Counted from the stretch's first letter, positions 13,048-26,432 are shown. The stretch: 64,000 bases of DNA from Octopus sinensis (GCF_006345805.1 NC_042999.1:153574001-153638000); one strand, 5' to 3'. Made by a program: numbers and translations. The notes: generated by a model from the letters alone, not told the origin.

Positions 13048-13600
13048 GTCCTCTGATGCAGTTCCAGGCAGTGGCTCTCATGGCTTCTGATCTTAACTGA
13101 TTGGAAGTGTTATCATGTACATTGTTTTGTCTTGGTATAAAAGATGGGCTACAGCAAATATTCTGCCCATACCACAGATTTGCTGGTCAGTTATTTGACC
13201 TTAACTAGTTAAGCATGTCCCTTAGCGGCTGGCGATATGTGCATCGCTGATCACGAGTAGAAGTAGTGGGGAGCATCATAGCCATGTGTTGAGAGGGATT
13301 ATTTGGGGTTTGGATAATTCACCTCTGGAAACATGGGTGTTTCGCTCAACATCCTTAAACAACCCTTATTCAGGAACCTTTTGAGCGGGATGGGTTATTC
13401 GACCAGAAGAAAATTCTAACTGGGCCCCACCTGCAAGGTCAAGTGCTGTTTATCTTGATATGAGATCACCATGTTGTGCACATATGGTTGTGATGCATGT
13501 GTCTAGTGTACCCTTATCAGACGGGTTGTCATGATGGGTATACTGGGCTTCGTATATTTATCCCAGTGTCACTTTGATGGCATGCACTGCTCTCTCACTC
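13048..13600. mobile_element. About 550-bp non-coding interspersed insert within an (AAT)n tract; class unresolved
   Basis: Complex sequence with sharp boundaries and AAT tracts abutting both ends; no convincing ORF, TIR or tRNA head. Confidence 0.5.
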
Positions 13601-13650
13601 AATAATAATAATAATAATAATAATATAATAATAATAATAATAATAATAAC

Positions 13651-13681
<31 letters not shown>

Positions 13682-14344
13682 TGATGATGCTAAGATTCTC
13701 TCTGGTCGAACACAACTTCTCTATTCACAAACAATACAGAACAGCCCTTCCTTAATTTTTCTTAAGCCTAATAGTAGTAAACATCTGAATTTTTTTTGAC
13801 CGATAGGACCCCACCTAAAACAAAAAAAAATATCACTGATGGTGATGATGATAATAATGATAATAATAGTGCTGATAATCTATCTATCTATCTACACACA
13901 TACACACACTCAAAGAGTTCAACCAACACAAACCTCACCTCGGCTCTATTGTTAACCAAATATGAAAGTATTATTTGACAGGCAAGAACTCTGGCGTTGA
14001 AGACAGTCAGCCAACCAACCACCAAGCCAGCCAACGATACAGACAGACACTACTGTGATGGTGATAATGATAAAAAAACAAAAATAACAATAATAAGATA
14101 CTGCTGTGACTACACATAAAACAATATCATTGATGATGATGGTGGTGATGGTGATGGTGATGATGATAATGATGATGGTAATGGTGGTGATAATGATGAT
14201 AGTGATAATAATGGTGATGATAATAACAATAATAAGCCGACTACGGCTGCTATAATGGTACGATTATAATTGTAACGGCAATGATGGCCGTCTCCCCACG
14301 AGCCAATCAAAGCTATAAAATGATAACATTATCGTAGCACCAAA

Positions 14345-17300
14345 ATGTTTTTGGAAACTAAAAGGAAAACTAAATCAGTATACCAAATCGCTTGTCCTAT
14401 GGTTAATCTGGAAGCGCGTCCCCCAGGGAAGAGCCAGCCTGGGATCGAAAAGTCATCAACTGGCACAAACTCTTCTCCGAATACGGACATGGATGGTCAC
14501 TTGAACGGGAAATCCCCCAACTCGAGCCCTCCAAGTTCACCACCACAACCACCACAGAAAGAAAAATGTAAGCGGAACAAATGGACCCGAGAAGAGTATA
14601 AAGAAGTAATATACGCTTATTACTATGCATTAGGTAGGCCATCTCAAGAGAGACACACCGCAAACTCTCACAGTATATGGAGAACACGGAATCAAGACAG
14701 TAGGCCCTATTTGGACGAGAACAAATTAGCAAATGTGAGGAGGGATATCCTTAGAAATAACAGACTCACAGACAGTGAAATAAGCGCGATCAAGCACGCA
14801 ACGGAAAATGACATAAATATAAGACACAAAGGAAATGAAGAATCAGGTGAACAGTATAGCCCGCCACGAGGCTTAATTGAAAGACTGCCATCAGACCAAA
14901 GTAGGCAAAGGCCTGAAGATACAAGAAATTCTATTGTACCTGTTAAAGATAGCCAGGAAAACGAAAAAACAACAGTAACTGAAGATCTCGCATTTGCTGA
15001 AGAACACAGAGTTGTAAGACATACAAGTATGAATGATAGAGAACCACTTCATAAACTCTCAAATACAAACCAAAATAAAAAAACAAATCCAAATTGGCAA
15101 CTATGTAACAAATGAAATAATACGAGAATTAAAACCTGATTTTACTGAGTTAAATGAAATTATTTACGCTTCTGCTAGGGCAATTGAAACCAGCTGTATG
15201 CCCCCGAAAAAAAAAGAAAACAAAACCTGGGAAGAAATCAAACCTGGAGAAGTAAAATTGAAAAAGAGATTGAATTTATGAGAGGGGAAATATCAATATT
15301 AAATTAACTAATATGTGGAAATGATGTAAGATCCAGAACAAGAAGAAAGATGAAGAGAAAATTTGGATCCTCACCAAGAGAAGAACTGATATCAATAAAA
15401 GAAACGCTGAAACAAAAAGTCCAAGCAAAAGCCCAAATAATACGAAGATTTGAGAAGAGAAACAAGTTTTACAAGCAAAATAAGCTGTTCACATCTAATG
15501 CCAAAAAATTCTACAGAGAAATAGGGAAGGAGAAAGTAACCGTTAAAGACCCCCCTCCCATGGAAGAAGTTCAAAACTTTTGGAAAAGGATTTGAGTGAC
15601 AAAAGAATAACTCCCAAAGAATAACGAAACCAACCTTCCAAAAAACTATCGGCCTATAACCTGTCTATCCACCAAGTATAAAATCCTAACATCTATCCTG
15701 GCGGAGAAAACATATGCATTCATGGAGAAGAACGATATTTTCCCCATTGAACAAAAAGGGTGCCGCCGAGGCTCTTACGGATGCAAAGATCAACTGCTAA
15801 TCAATCGTATGATCCTTGAGAACTGTCACAACAAGCGTAGAAATCTCAGCACCGCATGGATTGACTATAAAAAGGCCTTCGACAGTATACCGCATCCATG
15901 GATCTTGAGATCGCAGGACATCTTCAAAATTTCCCCTGTGATTTCAAACTTCCTGAAGCACAATATGTCGTTGTGGAATACGAATCTCCAATTATACCAC
16001 TCTAATGGAGTACTTGCCTCAGAAAATATAAACATCAACTGTGGAATTTTTCAAGGTGACTCACTTTCACCTTTAATATTCTGCATAGCCCTAATACCCA
16101 TTACAAGTGAATTAAACAGAACAGGGTATGGGTATAAAATTGCCAATAAAAAAATAAGCCATCTATTTTATATGGATGACTTAAAACTTTATGGTAAAGA
16201 CAATAATGAACTTGAAGGCCTATTGCGCACGTGAAAGCATTCAGCGATGACATCGGGATGGAGTTTGGACTTGAGAAGTGTGCCAAGGCCACTTTCCAGA
16301 AAGGGAAAGTGAAGACCACAATTCAGTCGTGTTAGATGTTGACACAGTCATAAGAGAGCTTGAGCAAGAACAAACATACAAATATTTAGGGATAAATGAA
16401 GGCTCTGGTATTCAGCATGCAAGCATGAAAGAGAAAATCAGGAAAATGTTATAGGAGTTCGTGCAGTCCTGAAATCTGAACTAAATGCACGTAACAAGGT
16501 GTTAGCTATAAATTCCTTAGCAGTTCCAGTTGTTACTTATAGCTACAATGTGTTGAACTGGAATATGAGTGAAGTAAAGAATATAGATAGGAAAATACGC
16601 AAGCTGCTGAGTTGTAATAGGATGCACCACCCAAAGGCAGACGTAGATCGCCTTTACCTCCCCAGAGCCCAAGGAGGTCGAGCCTGATCCAATTTGAACT
16701 AGCTTACAAAACAACCACAATTGGACTGGCCAAATATCTCGAATATCGAATGACTGGATGCTAAAGCTCGTGGAAAATCACGAGAGACGAAAGAAGCTTC
16801 ATTCTATCATAAAGGAAAGCAAAAAATTTGCTATTGATCTCGTGCAGGATTCCCAAACTGAACAACCCGAGGGAAGTACGGCAACTATTGTTGCAAAGAA
16901 GGTAAAAATGATGGCAATGAAAAAGCGCACGAGCAATTGGCTGATAGGTGGGAGGAGAAACCTCTGCACGGCAAATATGTGACCCACAGCAAACAAGCTG
17001 ATGTTGACCAGAAGCAAACCCATCAGTGGCTACGGAGCTCAGGGCTAAAAGCAGAGAGTGAAGGTTTCATCCTGGCTGCTCAAGATCAAAGCCTATTAAC
17101 CCGGAACTACCAGGCCAATGTGATGAAAAATGGAGCAGATCCAAAATGCCGATTCTGCAACGACATGATTGAAACAGTGGACCACCTAATCTCTGGATGT
17201 AAAGTCTTAGCACCAGTGGAGTATAAATTAAGACATGACAGAGTTGGCCAATATCTCCACTGGCTAATAAGTCGGCATTACAATATCAAAACTGCCGACA

Positions 17301-17884
17301 AGTGGTATAATCACCACCCTGAGGCTGTAACTGAAGGAGAAAATGTAACCATTCTGTGGGACTTTCCAGTACATACAGACCGAACCATCAAGGCCAATAA
17401 ACCAGATATTGTTGTGAAAGACCAAAACAATAAAGTTTGCTTATTGATCGACATGAGCATCCCCTGTGATCATAATATCTCAGCGAAAGAGTTTGACAAG
17501 CTCAGAAAATATAAAGACCTACTCATTGAAATTGAGAAAATGTGGCATCTCAAGGCGGTTACAATACCAGTGATCGTAGGAGCACTAGGAATGATCAAGA
17601 AGGGAACCGAAAATTATATGAGAATGATCCCTGGCTTACCATCCCTGCAAGAAGTGCAAAAGAATGTCTTAACTGGTACATCACACGTATTGAGAAGAGC
17701 ATTGTCGATGTGAGAACTGTTGCTGCTCATGTATTTTAATTTAACTTTAAAAAAAAAAAAAAAAAAGAACGAACTACTGAGTTTGGTTTAATGGCCTACC
17801 AATGTATACTATGAGTTTCTTTGCCCTAGGAGTCGGGAAGACACTCGGCAAGAAATGGAAGCAAATTTGAAAGAAGAAAAAAAA

Positions 17885-17885
<1 letters not shown>
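14345..17885 (+). mobile_element. Near full-length REL-type LINE (R4/Dong-like), family A, disrupted
   Basis: N-terminal KWTREEYKEVIYAYY..KLANVRRDILRNNRL; RT (NYRPITCLST, KDQLLIN, WIDYKKAFDS, GIFQGDSLSP, LFYMDD); CCHC finger CRFC..ETVDHLISGC; REL KPDIVVKD..LLIDMSIP..K..KY. Frameshifts and an internal deletion near 15600; ends in (AAT)n. Confidence 0.95.
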
Positions 17886-17980
<95 letters not shown>

Positions 17981-18012
17981 AAGAACAACAACAACAACAA
18001 CAACAACAACAA

Positions 18013-20500
18013 CTGAAGAGGTCACCCAGGCACTGCAAAACTAAGCAACTGGAAGGCACCTGGGCATGACAAGATCCCCAAATTCTGGTTGAAATATCTA
18101 ACAGGAATGCACGAAAAGCTGGCTGAAAATTTTAACAACATACTGGCAGAGCCAGAGACAATGCCTGAATGGCTCACGAAGGGGAAAACCATCTTAATTC
18201 CCAAATAGAATGAGACAGCAAAACCAGAAAACTACAGACCTATAACCTGTCTCCCTACAATGTGCAAAGCATTTACTGCAGTAATATCACAAAGATTGAA
18301 CAAGCACCTGGACGAAAACAACCTGTTTCCAGAAGAGCAGAAAGGATGCCGAAAAGGCTCATAAGGCTGTAAAGATCAACTAATGATCAATAAAGCCATA
18401 ACTGAAGACAGCCACAGAAAGAAGAAAGGCCTCAGTATGGCCTGGATCGACTACAAAAAGGCGTTTGATAGCATCCCCCACACAGGGATTCTCGAAACAC
18501 TAGCCATGAACAAAGTTGCACCAACAATTATAAAGTACATAGGACACTCTATGAATAAATGGCAAACAGTGCTACAGCGCCAAACAAAAGAGGGACTTGT
18601 GAAAACCAAAGCCATCCCCATTAGAAGAGGAATATTCCAGGGAGATACACTCTCTCCACTCCTTTTCTGCTTGCCACTGTCACCTCTATCGGATATGCTA
18701 AACAGAACTGGATGCGGATATAAATGTTACGGCAAAAAGATCAGCCACCTTTTATGTATGGATGACCTAAAACTATACGCTACAAATGACAAACAGCTGG
18801 AAACACTACTAAAGACAGTTCATGGATTTACCAAAGAAATAGATATGAAATTTGGATTAGAAAAATGCGCCAAAGTAACCCTGAAAAGAGGAAAACTAAT
18901 TATGAGTAGCAACACCACACTAGATAAAACCAATGAAATAAAAGAATTAGACCAAAGCCAAACTTACAAATACTTAGGAATCCATGAACTAGATAAGACA
19001 CAACACACACAAATGAAAGAGAAAATAAAAAAAAGAATATTATAGACGAGTTAGATCAATACTGAAAACAGAGCTCAATGCTAAAAACAAGATAATAGGT
19101 ATCAACACTTTAGCTGTCCCAGTTATAAGTTACAGCTACAATATCCTTAACTGGACACTAAATGAACTGACCAAAATAGATAGGAAAACAAGAAAAATAA
19201 TGACAGGATCTAGGATGCATCACCCAAAATCTGACATAGAAAGGCTATATATACAACGTATAGATGGTGGTAGAGGCCTTATACAGCTGGAAAACTACTA
19301 TGAAATAAACACCATAGGACTGCAAAAATATCTACTTCAGAAGAAGGAAAACTGATACAAATAGCGGCAAAACACGAGCAAAACAAAAAACTGTTCTCAG
19401 TATTTAAGGAAGCTGACAAATACAAACAAGAAATCATACCACCGAATAAATATGAAGAAGAAGAAGAAGAAGAAGAAGAAGAAGAAGAAGAAGAAGAAGA
19501 AGAAGAAGAAGAAGAAGAAGAAGAAGAAGAAGAAGAAGAAGAAGAAGAAGAAGAAGAAGAAGAAGAAGAAGAAGATGTATAAACAACAAAAGCTATAAAA
19601 CAAATGAAATCCAAACTAAAAATAGAACAGCAAGGAACCATGATAAAACGATGGCAAGAAAAGCCCCTTCATGGCAAATACCGGACTAAACTAAATGCAA
19701 AAGAAATAGATAAAGAAAATCCCAACAATGGTTGAGAAGCTCAGGACTCAAAGCAGAGACAGAAGGATTTTTAATTGAAGCACAAGACCAAAGCCTCCCC
19801 ACCAGAAATTACCAAAAACATATAATGAAAAGAAATATAACAAGTAACTGCAGAATATGTGGAGATGGACAAGAAACAATAAATCATATTATCTCTGGCT
19901 GCCCAGTCCTGGCTAAGAGGGAATATATTCAGAGTTGGGACCTATATACACTGGAAGCTATGCCAACATTATGGAATAACAACAGAAAAAAGATGGTATA
20001 GGCACACAACATAAAAGTTCACAGAAAACGAGAAAGCAACCATACTCTGGGATATGCCAATACAGACAGATAGAGAAATTAAGGCCAACAGACCAGATAT
20101 AGTTGTCAGAGATCATGAAGAAAAAAATGTTTTCTAATTAATGCATCAATACCAGCGTATGACAACGTGTCTCTAAAAGAAATGGAGAAACTTTCAAAAT
20201 ACAAAGACCTGGAAATAGAGGTAACCAGAATGTGGAATCTAAAAGCAGAAACAATTCCCATCATAATAGGTGTATTAGGCATGATAAAAAAATATTCAGA
20301 CAAATACATAACAAAAACACCTGGACTTACAAACACATATAACATACAGAAAATTGCACTACTAGGCACTGCACACATACTACGCAGAACACTTTCCATA
20401 CAATAACCATCAGAGCATCACAACAAATCACAGCACATACCCAAGGCACACAGAGCTGCGCTCGGTAGTGAAGTGAAAGCACGATATAAAAAATATATTT
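18013..20500 (+). mobile_element. 5'-truncated REL-type LINE, family D, disrupted
   Basis: NWKAPGHD, NYRPITCL, WIDYKKAFDS, GIFQGDTLSP, LLCMDD, CRICG..ETINHIISGC, RPDIVV, KYKDLEIE; begins after an AAT/AAG/AAC tract and ends in AAT. Confidence 0.95.
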
Positions 20501-20733
20501 CTGAATAATACTAATAATAATAATAATAATAATAATCCTTTCTACTAAAGGCACAAGGCCTGAAATTTGTGAGATTGCATTGACCCCAATGTTACACTGG
20601 TACTTGATTTATCGACCCCGAAAGAATGAAATGCAAATTCGGCCTCGGCATAATCTGAAATAATAACGTAAATCCAGAAGAAATGCCGCTAAGCATTTTG
20701 CCCGACACACTAAAAATTTTTTTCTCGTTTCAG

Positions 20734-20944
20734 GTGAGATTTGTGGGCGAAAGCTTCACCACCGTCACAATAGAAGGAAAAGAGTTATTGGTGGCGGCAG
20801 AATATTTCCTGGCGACTTTCCTTGGTTGGTGTCCTTATATTTCGAAGGGAATCATCCTTTCCAAGTAAAATCCGGTTTCAAACATCTTTGCGGTGGCACT
20901 TTAATCCACCCACAGTGGGTCTTATCTGCTGCACACTGTTTTGA
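20734..20944 (+). CDS. S1A serine protease exon: linker Cys, activation site and catalytic His
   Basis: Acceptor tttcag|gt; translates [69 protein letters not shown]; His codon 20934-20936; donor ga|gtaagt. Confidence 0.97.
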
Positions 20945-22836
20945 GTAAGTTTCAATACATATATATTTATATATATACATTTTAACTGAGAAATCCGAAA
21001 TAAAATTTTATTTTGTACAAGTGACGCACCCTGATGGTAAGCTATCATAAGGAAGGCAATCCCTTCTAGATCACGTTTAGTGGAGAATATTACTCGTTTG
21101 AATTTTAAATCAAGGAGTAATGAAGAGGCACAGACCATACACATTTAATATTTCTCTTTCCTACATATTAAAAAGGTCTTAAAATTTCTAGCCATAGGCA
21201 TCTATGTGTAGTACCATTTCATCCTTATTTGAAATCGTCCGCATGGCATAACCCTAAGCAAATAAATCACTTTTATGTGTATCTTTATATTTTATCTTTT
21301 ACTTGTTTTAGGCATTAGACTACGGCCATGCTGGGGTATCGCTTTGAAGAACTTTTAATCAAATGAATCGATTTCAGTACTTAATATTTAAAGCCTGGTA
21401 GTTATTCTATCGGTCTCTTTGGCCGAGTCGCTAAGTTATACACCAACACCGGTTGACGTAAATGCACCAACACCAGTTGTTAAGCGATGGTGGGGAACAA
21501 ACGCAGACTCGCAAGCACACGAGCTCGCGCGCGCACACATACATACATATACGACGGGCTTCTTTCAGTTTCCGTCTACAAAATTCACTTACAAGCATTT
21601 GGTCGGCCCGATGATATAGTAAAAAACACTGCGCTAAGGTTCCACGCAGTGAGACTGAACCCAGAACCATGTGACTGGGAAGCAAGCGTCTTAACCACAC
21701 AGCCACCGGATATCAGAGTCATCTTCTCTGGGTTTTTGTCTTTTATTCTTTTACTTGTTTCACTCATTTGACTGCGGCCATGCTGGAGCACAGACTTTAG
21801 TCGAACAAATCAACTCCAGGACTTATTCTTTGTAAGCCTAGTACTTATTCTATCGGTCTCTTTTACCGAACCGCTAAGTTACGGGGACGTAAACACACCG
21901 ACATCGGATGTCAAGTGATGGTAGAGTGACAATCACACACACACATAAACACACACATATATATACGACGGGCTTCTTTTCAGTTTCTGTCCACCAAATC
22001 TACTCACAAGGCTTCGGTCGGCCCGAGGCTATAGTAGAAGACACTTGCCCAAAGTGCCGATTGAACTCGGAACCATGTGATTACAGGCAAGATTTTTACC
22101 ACACAGCCACACCGTGTTTATAAATTGCAATGCCTCTCCTTCTTGCGCTCTCTCTCACTCTTTCTATCTGCATGTGTATATTTCTGCGCGCGAATGCATG
22201 TATGTGGGTTATGAGCGGGTGTGTGTTTGCCTCGAATGCCAAGAGGTTCTCTTGCCAAAACAAGGCTGAATGTCCAGTCAGCTGTGCTAAATCATCTACA
22301 TCCAAACAACTCCATTAAACTTTTTATTCCGATTACGATGTACCTACTTTCACAAGTGCCACATCAATTGACATATAAAAAATGGTTGTCACGCAATTTT
22401 ATACTATGGTTACCAGAGATTGGGATAATGGTGACAGAAAACTGGAAGTAAAAAAGAATTTTTTAGTTCCAGCTTAGTTCCAAGGAAATTAAGTATGCCT
22501 AATTATATACAACCTTAAGACCAATATTACTGACTAATTTACGATAAAAGAAGCAAAGTTTTCTTGTCAAATCAGTGTTGTCTTTGTTGGTGTCTGGTAC
22601 TGAAGAGAAATAACGAGTTCGAAATTCATTCACCAATGCAATAGAAATTGCTCTAAACTGACTATGCTGTTTTATTGCGCTTGGATCTAAAGAAAGACTT
22701 TTCTTCACGACAAAATGTAGTCAAAGGTCTTTTCCGGTTAAAATATCTTTCATACTTGAACAAGATTTAAGCGCGTAAAATTCTATGTTTATCTCGTGGT
22801 TTTAGATTAACTTTATTGTTGTTTCATTTCTGGTAG

Positions 22837-22970
22837 CGCGATCGCGTTCAACCATCTTAATGATACCAATTATTGGACAGTTGTAGCTGGTGAATACGAC
22901 TTGAGGAAAAATGAAAGCTATGAACAGTTTAGAGCCGTCGAAAAAATCATCAGACATGAAAACTCTACAA
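22837..22970 (+). CDS. S1A serine protease exon (VVAGEYDL region)
   Basis: Acceptor ttctggtag|c; (D)AIAFNHLNDTNYWTVVAGEYDLRKNESYEQFRAVEKIIRHENST; donor a|gtaagt; phase 2 in, phase 1 out, matching both neighbours. Confidence 0.95.
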
Positions 22971-23552
22971 GTAAGTTTTCTTTTTCTGTTTTCTATTTAA
23001 TTCCTTTAAATTTTGGCACAAGGCCAGCAATTTTTGTGGAAGGAAGCAAGTCGATTACATCCACCAACGTACTTTACTGGTACTTTATTTTATCGTCTCC
23101 AAAATTACGAAAAGCGAGGTCAACCTAGGTGGTGGCACTTGGAATCAAAATTTATGCCGCTAAGCATTTCGTCCGGCGTATCAACGATTTTTGATAGCTT
23201 GCCGCTTTCCTTTTAGTATCAACATTTTCGCAATATCCGTTCACAGAGAAAACCGATTATTTTTCTGAGTCAGTTAAGGGGAAATACGTGCCTATAACAC
23301 TTTAAAGAGCATCCAACAGTGGTGGGAAAAGAAGTGGAAAGGATCTTTAAACTGGTGGCTTAGCTTGAATGCTTACAAAAGTGGTTGGTCAGCTAAGGGC
23401 TACCAAAGTAAGAGGTGGGGTATCAAACCGGGTGGTTGTGATTTAAGTCTACCACCCACGAAGGCCATGACGTCTCCTCAATGCACCGCCCCTGGAGTGA
23501 TATTTTAAAAAATCCATTCTGAAATGGTGAATGGCAATGTTGACCACAAGGC

Positions 23553-23905
23553 AAAATTGATCTCGAGAAAAAGTTGATTTTCAGACAAAGTTGATTTCAA
23601 GACAAAGATGATCTCGAGAGAAAGTTGATCTCGGGACAATGTTGATCTCCAGACAATGTTGGTCTCGAGAAAAAGTTGATCTCCAGACAAAGTTGATCTC
23701 GAGAAAAAGTTGATCTCGAGACAGAGTTGATCTCGAGACAAACTTGATTTTGAGACAGGGTTCATCTCGAGACAAAGTTAATTTTGAGACAAAATTGATC
23801 TGAAGACAAAGCTGATCTCGAGAAAAGTTGATTTTGAGACAAAGTTGATCGCGAGACAAAGTTGATCTTGAGGCAATGTTGACTTCGAGCGAAATTTGAT
23901 CTCGT
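23553..23905. repeat. 17-bp minisatellite (consensus gagacaaagttgatctc), about 20 copies
   Basis: Successive units read directly, e.g. gagacagagttgatctc gagacaaacttgatttt gagacagggttcatctc. Confidence 0.92.
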
Positions 23906-24278
23906 ACTATCTTCATTGAATTTACAATTTTCACTCAACTCGTTCCTTGAAAGAAATTTCCTTAATATTTTTCGAAATTTTCAGGTGGTTCATTAAAAAC
24001 ATTAAATCTTCAAATTGTAAACTAATTTCTAAGCTTAAATGTCTTTTTGACACAAACTTTTGATGGGAATGACTGTGTCGTTATGAAGTTTGCTTTACAA
24101 CCATGTGGTATCGGGTTCAGTCTCACTGTGCAGTACCTTGTGCAAGAGCCTTCTTCTATAACCATGGGCCGACTAATAACTTATAAGTGAGTTTAGTGTC
24201 GTGTGTACGATTTGAGGGAAACACGCACTCACACACGCACGCACATATATATACCTCCAAACACTTACACACACACAC

Positions 24279-24335
<57 letters not shown>

Positions 24336-25088
24336 CACATACATACACACACACACACTCACATACATATACACACAACTATACATGCATATATACATAC
24401 ACACTCATAAATGTATGCTCACCCCCACACACACACTGACACATATATATACATACACACACACACTCACATATATACACACAAGTATACATACATATAT
24501 ATATACACACACACGTATATATACATACATATGATGTGTGTGTGTGTGAGAGTGTCTGTGCTTATCACTTCACATCACTTGACAATCGTTTTACATTCCA
24601 CTAACAAAGTGTTCGCTTCAAATTGTGGCACAAGGGGGAGCAATTTTAGAGAAGGGGCCAAGTTGATTAAATCTATCCCACTATTCAACTGATACTTATT
24701 TTAATTGACCCCAAAAAGATGAAGGGCAAACTCAACCTACCCGATGGAATTTGAACTCAGAACGTAGACAGACGAAATGCTGCTAGGCATTTTATCCGGC
24801 GTGCTAATGAGTCTGCCAGCTCGCCGCACTAAATTCTATTAACAGGATATTAATCAACCAGAGACTATAATAAAAGATACTAGTCCAGTGTCGTGTAGTG
24901 GGATCGAACACAGAATTACGTGGTTGCAAACAGCCTTCTTAACCACACAGCCATGCCCTTTTCCTTTCTTTCTTTCTTTATTTATTTATTTATTTATTTA
25001 TTTCTTCCTATCGAATTTTATTCATAACTTATCTACGTTTTCTCGTATTTTTTTTTTATTTTCAAATTTCCTGCCGTGGCTACCACAG

Positions 25089-25238
25089 TAAAACCTCTCA
25101 AATATGACATTGCATTATTGAAACTGCAAGAACCTGTCGTTATTAGCAAGTACGTCAATACGATTTGCCTTTACAAGAACGAGTCTTTCATTGTGGGTGA
25201 GACGTGTACTATTACCGGATGGGGTACCCATTCTACCT
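25089..25238 (+). CDS. S1A serine protease exon with catalytic Asp
   Basis: Acceptor ccacag|ta; (I)KPLKYDIALLKLQEPVVISKYVNTICLYKNESFIVGETCTITGWGTHST; Asp codon 25106-25108; donor t|gtaagt. Confidence 0.97.
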
Positions 25239-25774
25239 GTAAGTTAGTCGCCATTTTCTTTTTATTTTCCTCTCTTGTGCTCATTAAGTAGACAGGCAGG
25301 CAAATAGAAATAGGCTTTATAATTATATTTACATGGAATATAAGGTACAAAGTACAAAATATAAATAAACTTAAGTTATGTAATAGCCTTATCTGACAGC
25401 CGTTTTGGGTGAAGCATGGCTTATGCCGTAACCGCGTTCAAACAGAACAAAGACCCGTAATGTTGTAGGTGTGTGTGGAATAGCACAAGTTCCTACGAAT
25501 CCGTGTGGCAAGGCCATGTCACCCTCGCCGGAAAAATGTGGCAAAAATCTTTCAGCCAGAGAGAAGTCGCCATATTTTTTTCGGATGTGCTATCTCCGAA
25601 AAGCACGTGTTTTATTTAATACCCGGTGGACAATCGATTCATTAGATCGGCTGAAATAGATAAATAATATGACATACTTTGATATCTGTCTATCTATCTA
25701 GCTATTTATCAAGACTAGAGTCCACAGTGATCCGTAGGTAGGCGAGGTGCAGCCAGAGGGTAAATGTCGCCATG

Positions 25775-25967
25775 ATAGATCGTTAGCCACAACACACATT
25801 TTATTTCTCTCCTTGTTTCTCTCCTTGTTTTTTTCTGTGTTCCTTTCTGTAGAAGAGCGTACGCTCGAAACGTAAAATACTTTTTCTATTCCTGAGCGTT
25901 ATAGTAATACATCTGTTTGTTTTGTACACCACCTGTCTTCGTCTTTTGTTTTTTTCGTAAACTCTCC

Positions 25968-25970
<3 letters not shown>
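25775..25970 (+). repeat. About 190-bp interspersed repeat carrying a hammerhead-like motif (Penelope-terminus-like)
   Basis: Near-identical copies at 55465-55665(+) and 54432-54605(-); each ends in aaactctcccta next to a microsatellite. The Penelope link is inference. Confidence 0.75.
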
Positions 25971-26014
<44 letters not shown>

Positions 26015-26080
26015 CCAAAATACATACATACATACATACATACATACATACATACATACATACATACATACATACATACA

Positions 26081-26115
<35 letters not shown>

Positions 26116-26116
26116 G

Positions 26117-26432
26117 ACACTCCGTTCGTTATAACGACGAGTGTTTCAGTTGATTCGATCAACGGGTCAGGCTGCTCTTGAAATTAACCCGCAACTGGCT
26201 GAGTACTCCACAGACACGCGTACCCAAAATGTAGTTCTCGGTGAGACTCACCATGACACAGAATGTGATAAGGGTGGCCCTTTTTGAAACACAGGTATTA
26301 CTCATTTTTTTGCCAGCTGAGTGGACTGGCGTAATGTGGAATAAGGTGTCTTGTTTAAAGAAACAACACCCCGCCAGGAATCGAACTCACGACCTTGCGA
26401 TCGTGAGCCGATTACGCTAACCACTAAGCCAC
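26117..26432 (-). mobile_element. tRNA-derived SINE-C
   Basis: Reverse-strand head cgtggcttagtggttagcgt..gagttcgattcc; its tail is the reverse complement of the tail of 28950-29205. Confidence 0.78.

Noticed and set aside
14345-20500. LINE ORF pieces as host genes or active elements
   Set aside because: All copies carry stops, frameshifts or deletions; none can encode a full protein.
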